Shown here in pieces: positions 58,475-64,000 of a DNA stretch of 64,000 bases (its first letter is position 1; every line of letters begins with the position of its first letter). Below the pieces are notes generated by a model. That model was given only the letters and a program-made list of their open reading frames with translations, was not told the DNA's origin and made no database searches. This DNA is from Nitrospirota bacterium. Lineage in GTDB: Bacteria; Nitrospirota; UBA9217. The position numbers and the translations under genes are program-made. Location: the NCBI GenBank assembly GCA_035623825.1, contig DASPSR010000022.1, positions 151,858 through 215,857 on the forward strand, in the 5' to 3' direction.

Positions 58475-59188
58475 TCAGTGCCTGTCCAGCTTTCTCTCTC
58501 CTTTGCTCTCAATTAGTTTTTTCAGCGCTTCCTTCGCAGCGCGCTGCTCTGCTTCTTTCTTGCTCCTGCCGATGCCGCGGCCGCACAATATGCCCTTGAT
58601 CCACACCTCTACTTCAAACTGCTTCTGGTGATCGGGGCCGGTCTCAGACACGATTTTGTACTCCGGGAGCCGTTTGATCCGCTCCTGGCAAAGCTCCTGG
58701 AGTTCCGTTTTGTTGTCGAGGGCACCGCGCGAGGCGCAGGTCCGCTTGATCATGTCTTCGAAGAACCGGACAACAAAAGCAGCTGCCGCTTCCTTGCCCG
58801 TGTCGAGGTAAATGGATGCAATGAGCGCTTCGAGGCAATTGGCGAGAAGTGAATCTTTATCTCTGCCACCTGTCTGTTCTTCTCCTCGGCCCAGCAGGAT
58901 ATAGTCGCCGAGCCCTATCTTGCGGGCAACTGCGGAGAGGGCAGATTCGCTCACGACAGCCGCGCGGAGCTTCGACATGTCCCCCTCGGTCGAATCAGGG
59001 CATGCCGTCATGAGATATTCGCTCACCGCGAGATTGAGGACGGCGTCCCCGAGGAACTCCATCCGCTCATTGTGATAGGAGACCCTGTATTCGTTTGCGT
59101 AGGACTTGTGCGTCAAGGCCCGCTCGAGAAGCGCGATGTTGCTGAATTGATAAGCGATCCGCTCCTGAATTTCCGAGAGGGGAGGCAT
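58475..59188 (-). CDS. rnc: Ribonuclease III
   Basis: ALTHKS, NERMEFLGDAVL, dsRBD KTELQE...GPDH..F, SKKEAEQ; ATG 59188 lies 1 nt after the fabF stop. Confidence 0.95.
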   Translation of the reverse strand: MPPLSEIQERIAYQFSNIALLERALTHKSYANEYRVSYHNERMEFLGDAVLNLAVSEYLMTACPDSTEGDMSKLRAAVVSESALSAVARKIGLGDYILLGRGEEQTGGRDKDSLLANCLEALIASIYLDTGKEAAAAFVVRFFEDMIKRTCASRGALDNKTELQELCQERIKRLPEYKIVSETGPDHQKQFEVEVWIKGILCGRGIGRSKKEAEQRAAKEALKKLIESKGERKLDRH

Positions 59189-59189
59189 A

Positions 59190-60431
59190 TTACGTCCGGA
59201 ATTTCTTGAATACCAGACAGGCGTTCGTACCGCCAAAGCCGAAGGAGTTCGACATGGCCACATCTACCTGCACCGTTCTCGCGGTGTTCGGGATATAGTC
59301 CAGGTCGCACTCCGGGTCCGGGTTTTCGAGGTTGATGGTTGGCGGAAGGACTCCCCGGTCCAGGGCAAGGACCGAGATGACAGCTTCCACGCCTCCCGCG
59401 GCGCCGAGCAGATGGCCGGTCATCGATTTTGTGGAGCTGACTGGTATCTTATACGCATAATCGCCGAAAACGGTCTTGATGGCAGTGCTTTCGAGCTCGT
59501 CGCCGAACTTGGTCGAAGTTCCGTGGGCATTGATGTATCCCATCTCCGTTGGAGCGATACCTGCGTCCTGAATCGCCATCTTCATGCATCGTGCAGCTCC
59601 CTCGCCTTTCGGGGCTGGCGCGGTTATATGATAGGCATCACCCGAGGCCCCATAGCCGATCACCTCTGCGTAGATGCGAGCGCCGCGCTTCACTGCGGAT
59701 TCCATTTCCTCGAGGATGACGACCCCCGAGCCTTCGCCCATTATGAACCCGTCGCGGTCAGCATCGAAGGGGCGGCTGGCGCGCTGCGGCTCCTCGTTTC
59801 GTGTTGACAGCGCCTTCATGGCGTTGAACCCTCCGACGCCGAGGGCGCAGATGCAGGATTCCGTGCCGCCGGCAATCATTGCATCAGCATCGCCACGCTG
59901 GATCCATTTGAAGGCATCACCGATGGAGTGGGTCCCCGTGGCACAGGCCGTGACGACACAGATATTGGGTCCCTTGGCGCCATAACGCATGGAAAGGTTC
60001 CCTGCGGCCTCGTTGACGATGAGCATGGGGATGAAGAATGGCGTTATTTTGCGGAAACCCCTCTCCAGGTAAATCTTGTGGTATTTTTCTATGGCGGGGA
60101 GACCGCCCATCCCGGCGCTCACTATGACGCCCACGCGATCGGCGTTCTCAGGGGTGATCTTGAGGCCGGAATCATCCATGGCCATCTGGCTTGCCGCGAT
60201 CGCCAAATGAATGAAGCGGTCCATCTTCTTGATCTCTTTCTGATCGATGTACAGCGCAGGGTCGAAGCCGTGTATCTCACCTGCGATTTGGGTTGGAATG
60301 GTCTTGTCATCGAACTGCGTGATAGGACCGATGCCCGACTTGCCCTTGACAAGTCCATTCCATGTCTTCTCCGTATCGAGTCCGACCGGGGTGACCATCC
60401 CGACGCCGGTGACCGCCACTCTTCTCTTCAA
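59190..60431 (-). CDS. fabF: 3-oxoacyl-ACP synthase II
   Basis: [43 protein letters not shown]. Confidence 0.97.
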   Translation of the reverse strand: MKRRVAVTGVGMVTPVGLDTEKTWNGLVKGKSGIGPITQFDDKTIPTQIAGEIHGFDPALYIDQKEIKKMDRFIHLAIAASQMAMDDSGLKITPENADRVGVIVSAGMGGLPAIEKYHKIYLERGFRKITPFFIPMLIVNEAAGNLSMRYGAKGPNICVVTACATGTHSIGDAFKWIQRGDADAMIAGGTESCICALGVGGFNAMKALSTRNEEPQRASRPFDADRDGFIMGEGSGVVILEEMESAVKRGARIYAEVIGYGASGDAYHITAPAPKGEGAARCMKMAIQDAGIAPTEMGYINAHGTSTKFGDELESTAIKTVFGDYAYKIPVSSTKSMTGHLLGAAGGVEAVISVLALDRGVLPPTINLENPDPECDLDYIPNTARTVQVDVAMSNSFGFGGTNACLVFKKFRT

Positions 60432-60449
60432 AAGGGAGCACCTCCTGCC

Positions 60450-60515
60450 AAAAAAATCCGAAAAGCCAAAAAACCCTTTTCCAGCGATTGCGTGAAAGGT
60501 TCTCTGGCTTTTGGA
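60450..60515 (-). terminator. Hairpin plus U-tract after acpP (partial terminator or stabiliser)
   Basis: Imperfect stem TCCAAAAGCCAGAGAACCTTT...AAAGGGTTTTTTGGCTTTTCGGA followed by T7. Confidence 0.5.
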
Positions 60516-60556
60516 ATTACCTGTGTTTCTGAAATTTGACTTCGTGTATGACGCCG

Positions 60557-60793
60557 TTACTTGGACTTTGCTTTGATATAGTCGATGGCGTTCTGAACGG
60601 TGGCGATCTTTTCGGCGTCTTCATCGGGGATCTCCACGCCGAACTCCTCCTCGAGGGCCATCACGAGCTCCACCGTATCGAGTGAATCAGCGCCCAGGTC
60701 GTTTACAAACGATGACTCTGGCTTCACATCACCTTCGGGTACGCCGAGTTGCTCAGAAATGATCTTTTTCACTTTTGCGTCAACATCTGCCAT
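60557..60793 (-). CDS. acpP: Acyl carrier protein
   Basis: [20 protein letters not shown]. Confidence 0.97.
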   Translation of the reverse strand: MADVDAKVKKIISEQLGVPEGDVKPESSFVNDLGADSLDTVELVMALEEEFGVEIPDEDAEKIATVQNAIDYIKAKSK

Positions 60794-60874
60794 TGGTATC
60801 CTCCTGTGGTTGCGTTCATTTCGCTGAACTTGATTCTCTATTTTGAATTCTGGACGAGAAGCGTGATAAAGCTC

Positions 60875-61615
60875 TTACATGTACATGCCGCCGTTCACGT
60901 GGATCACCTGGCCGGATATGTACGATGCCCACGGCGATGCGAGGAACCGCACTGCGTTCGCAACGTCCCCGGGCGTACCGAGCTTGCCCATGGGTATCTG
61001 TTTTGCGAGCTCGGCCCGTACATTCTCGGAGAGGGCCTGCGTCATGGCTGTGTCGATGAATCCGGGCGCTACCGCGTTCGCCGTGATGCCGCGATTCGCG
61101 TACTCCCGGGCAATGGTCTTTGTGAGGCCGATGAGACCGGCTTTGGACGCGACGTAATTCGCCTGACCGGCATTGCCCATGGCGCCGACGATCGAGGCGA
61201 TATTGATGATTGTTCCGCCGCGCTGCTTGGCCATATGCTTAAGCGCCGCTTTGGAGCAGTTGAAAGCGCCCTTCAAGTTAATGCTGAGCACCAGGTCCCA
61301 ATCCTCTTCTTTCATCCGAAGGATGAGGCCGTCCCTGGTGATGCCTGCGTTGTTCACAAGGATGTCGATCCTGCCGAGCATCTCGACCACCTGATCGACC
61401 ATCATCGTCACTTCGGCTGACATGGCAACGTTGGCCTTAAGTGCCGCGGATTTCCTTCCCTTGGCTTCGATGTCCGATGCCGTCTTCTGCGCGGACTCGA
61501 GGTTGACGTCGCAGACGGCGACGTCGGCTCCGTCGGTTGCGAGCGCGAGCGCGATTTCCCTCCCGATACCCTGTGCTGCGCCAGTAACGAGTGCTATCTT
61601 GCCAGATAAGGTCAT
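60875..61615 (-). CDS. fabG: 3-oxoacyl-ACP reductase
   Basis: TGAAQGIG, NNAGITRD, YVASK, VAPGFI. Confidence 0.96.
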   Translation of the reverse strand: MTLSGKIALVTGAAQGIGREIALALATDGADVAVCDVNLESAQKTASDIEAKGRKSAALKANVAMSAEVTMMVDQVVEMLGRIDILVNNAGITRDGLILRMKEEDWDLVLSINLKGAFNCSKAALKHMAKQRGGTIINIASIVGAMGNAGQANYVASKAGLIGLTKTIAREYANRGITANAVAPGFIDTAMTQALSENVRAELAKQIPMGKLGTPGDVANAVRFLASPWASYISGQVIHVNGGMYM

Positions 61616-61733
61616 TATCTCTCCGAAATTAATCCAAGCAGGTTGACATGCAGGCAGGAGCGCAAGGACGCCTCGGAAACCGAAATTTCCGACTCCTGCA
61701 TTGGCATCTTCCGCGATGCGAAATGCCGCTTAT

Positions 61734-62666
61734 TTATATTCCCAGCGCGCTGAGTGTTTCGCTCATGCTTTTCTGGTCTTCGACGTTCAACACTGTTGCT
61801 TCCTTGACGATACGCCTCACGAGGCCCGAGAGTACTTTGCCCGGCCCTATCTCGATGAAGGTGTCGCAGCCGTCTGCGGCCATGTTCCTGATCGAATCTT
61901 CCCAGTAGAGCGGGGAACCGATCTGCTTGACGAGCGACGGTCTGATCTCCGATGCCGTACGCAAAAACCTTGCATCTGCATTGTTTACGATCGGCATGCT
62001 CAGGTCGCTGATATTCACTTTTGCAAGTTCTAGCGCCAATCGGTCACCGGCCCGTTTCATCATGCTGCAGTGTGATGGAACGCTCACCGGCAGGGGAATT
62101 GCTCTTTTTGCGCCCGCAACCTTCGCCAGCTCCATGGCCTTTTCCACAGCTTGCTTCTCACCGGCGATCACGATTTGCCCTGGGGAGTTGTAATTGGCAG
62201 GGGCAACTATACCATTTTTGGCCGCTTCATGGCAAGTTTTTTCTACATCTTTGCGCTCCATGCCGATAATGGCTGCCATGAGCCCTGTTCCTTCGGGAAC
62301 AGCCTCCTGCATATATCGTCCGCGCTTCTGGACTAGCCCGATGACGTCTTTGAGATCGAAGCCGCCGGCAGCTGTTATCGCGGTATATTCGCCGAGGCTA
62401 TGGCCCGCCGCGGCGCTTGCGGTGAGCCCGCGCCGTTCAAGGGGACGAAGGATGGCTATGCTCGCAGCAAGAATGGCCGGCTGCGTATGCTCCGTGAGAT
62501 TCAGCTTATCAACGGGGCCGTGCAAGCAGAGTTGTGCCAGATCGTAACCGAGAACAGAACTCGCGGCATCAAAGACATCCTTCGACTCTTGAAAATTCTC
62601 TATGAACTCCTTGCCCATGCCCGGGTACTGAGATCCTTGGCCTGGAAAGATGAAGGCGATTTTCAT
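61734..62666 (-). CDS. fabD: Malonyl-CoA:ACP transacylase
   Basis: FPGQGSQ, TQPAI, GHSLGE, PSH, EIGPGKVL. Confidence 0.96.
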   Translation of the reverse strand: MKIAFIFPGQGSQYPGMGKEFIENFQESKDVFDAASSVLGYDLAQLCLHGPVDKLNLTEHTQPAILAASIAILRPLERRGLTASAAAGHSLGEYTAITAAGGFDLKDVIGLVQKRGRYMQEAVPEGTGLMAAIIGMERKDVEKTCHEAAKNGIVAPANYNSPGQIVIAGEKQAVEKAMELAKVAGAKRAIPLPVSVPSHCSMMKRAGDRLALELAKVNISDLSMPIVNNADARFLRTASEIRPSLVKQIGSPLYWEDSIRNMAADGCDTFIEIGPGKVLSGLVRRIVKEATVLNVEDQKSMSETLSALGI

Positions 62667-62668
62667 TG

Positions 62669-63880
62669 TTATCCCCGCAGTTCCCTGAGTTTCTTTATCA
62701 TGATAGGAACGACTTCGTGGACGTCGCCAACGATGCCGTAGGTAGCGACGTTGAAGATAGGCGCATCGGGATCCTTATTGATCGCAACGATCACTTCCGA
62801 AGACTGCATGCCGGCGACATGCTGGATCGCACCGGATATGCCGCAGGCAATGTAGAGCTTGGGACAGACAGTCTTTCCGGTCTGCCCCACCTGGTGGGAG
62901 TAGGGGATCCACCCTTCGTCAACGGCGCCACGAGTTGCCGCAACAGCGCCGCCGAGCACTTTCGCCAGTTCCTCCAGCAGCTGGAAATTCTTGGCTCCGC
63001 CGAGCCCGCGGCCGCCGGCCACTATTATGTCCGCTTCGCATATGTTCACCGTCTCGCCCAGTTCTTCGATGGTCTTGATGACCTTGGTGCGGAGGTCGCC
63101 GGATTGCGTGTACTTGACTTCGATGATGTCTCCGGTCCGGGAGTCATCGCGGGGGGCTGGTTTCATGACCTTGTGCCGGACTGTTGCCATCTGGGGCCGG
63201 TGGTTTGGCGTCACGATAGTGGCCATGATGTTGCCGCCAAAGGCCGGACGGGTCTGGTGAAGGTGGCCGGTCTCTGCGTCGATGTCGAGCGCCGTACAGT
63301 CAGCGGTCAGGCCTGTATAAAGCGCTGACGCGACCTTAGGAAAGAACGATCTGCCGATGGCCGTTGCGCCTGCAAGAATGATCTCAGGCTTGTGCTGCTT
63401 CGCAAGCGTCGTCAGAATAGCCGCGTAGGAATCATCGTTGAAGTCTTTGAGCGCGGGATCGTCGGCAATGTATACGATGTCCGCGCCGTAGGCTATGAGC
63501 ACTTTTGCCTTTTCTCTTATGCCATGTCCGATGAATACTGCTGATAGCTTGGTATTCTTTTTATCGGCGAGCTTCCTGCCTTCACCGAGAAGTTCAATCG
63601 CTACACTGGAAACGCTGCCCTTGTGCTGCTCGGCAAAGACCCATACTCCCTTGTATGCAGAAAGATCCTTCGCCGCTGCCACGACCTCTTCGCTGGTCCG
63701 CTCGATTGCCTTGAACTCACAAACCTCGATACAGGCTCCGCACATGGTGCAGGCCTCGGTGATAAAGGCCTTGCCGTCCCGCATCTCAATCGCGCCGAAC
63801 GGGCACGCAGAAACACATGTCTCGCACGCCGTACATTTATCAGATATGACTCTAACGCTCACGGGTTGCTCCTTGGACAT
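62669..63880 (-). CDS. etfA: Electron transfer flavoprotein alpha subunit with N-terminal 2x[4Fe-4S] ferredoxin domain
   Basis: [12 protein letters not shown] and [11 protein letters not shown], then [30 protein letters not shown]. Confidence 0.93.
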   Translation of the reverse strand: MSKEQPVSVRVISDKCTACETCVSACPFGAIEMRDGKAFITEACTMCGACIEVCEFKAIERTSEEVVAAAKDLSAYKGVWVFAEQHKGSVSSVAIELLGEGRKLADKKNTKLSAVFIGHGIREKAKVLIAYGADIVYIADDPALKDFNDDSYAAILTTLAKQHKPEIILAGATAIGRSFFPKVASALYTGLTADCTALDIDAETGHLHQTRPAFGGNIMATIVTPNHRPQMATVRHKVMKPAPRDDSRTGDIIEVKYTQSGDLRTKVIKTIEELGETVNICEADIIVAGGRGLGGAKNFQLLEELAKVLGGAVAATRGAVDEGWIPYSHQVGQTGKTVCPKLYIACGISGAIQHVAGMQSSEVIVAINKDPDAPIFNVATYGIVGDVHEVVPIMIKKLRELRG

Positions 63881-63953
63881 CAGAGGATAGATGGCAGTGG
63901 ACAGACAAGGCTAAGACAAGTGCGTCATCTGATCGCTTGTCTTCCGCCGTCTG

Positions 63954-64000
63954 TTACATCAATGACTGCTCTTTAAGCTTGTTCACGACCTGCTCGACCT
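63954..64000 (-). CDS. etfB: Probable 3' end of ETF beta subunit (runs off the window)
   Basis: ...VEQVVNKLKEQSLM* resembles an EtfB C-terminal helix and lies upstream of etfA; only about 15 codons visible. Confidence 0.55.
   Translation of the reverse strand, partial: VEQVVNKLKEQSLM

Overview
Mostly core chromosome of a moderately GC-rich bacterium (roughly 55-60% GC by eye). A Nitrospirota/Desulfobacterota-like anaerobe is inferred from gene style only. In order, the window holds: a partial FHA/sigma-54 activator; DUF4912, GH57 branching enzyme and a GlcD-like oxidase; an L,D-transpeptidase with an apparently inactive paralog; an HD-domain hydrolase; transketolase; a complete 13-gene nuoA-N complex I operon with fused NuoCD and long NuoG; FKBP, PlsC-like, YbaK and NagZ genes; an ABC/MFP/OMF exporter; divergent purine- and NAD-salvage genes; an orphan GspE/PilB ATPase; HDAC, AMMECR1, ispB, trpS, a site-2 protease and an LpoA-like lipoprotein; tRNA-Ala(CGC); a sensor kinase with a CxxCH motif; and purN, purM, a radical SAM gene, rnc, fabF, acpP, fabG, fabD, etfA and the end of etfB. 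No CRISPR array, intact transposase, integrase or rRNA was seen. The most interesting signals are not in the ORF track: (1) a ferredoxin-fused ETF sitting 2 nt upstream of fabD inside the fatty-acid operon; (2) a ~0.7 kb att-flanked island relic at tRNA-Ala with a promoter, a 72-nt tRNA-Ala-like cloverleaf and a terminator; (3) the active/inactive L,D-transpeptidase pair; (4) the putative heme-c sensor kinase; (5) an in-frame palindromic insertion in nuoG; (6) gene relics of fabF, pilC/gspF and a PhnD-like gene; (7) several apparently leaderless promoters, including nuoA. All calls come from reading motifs by eye; no database searches were run.
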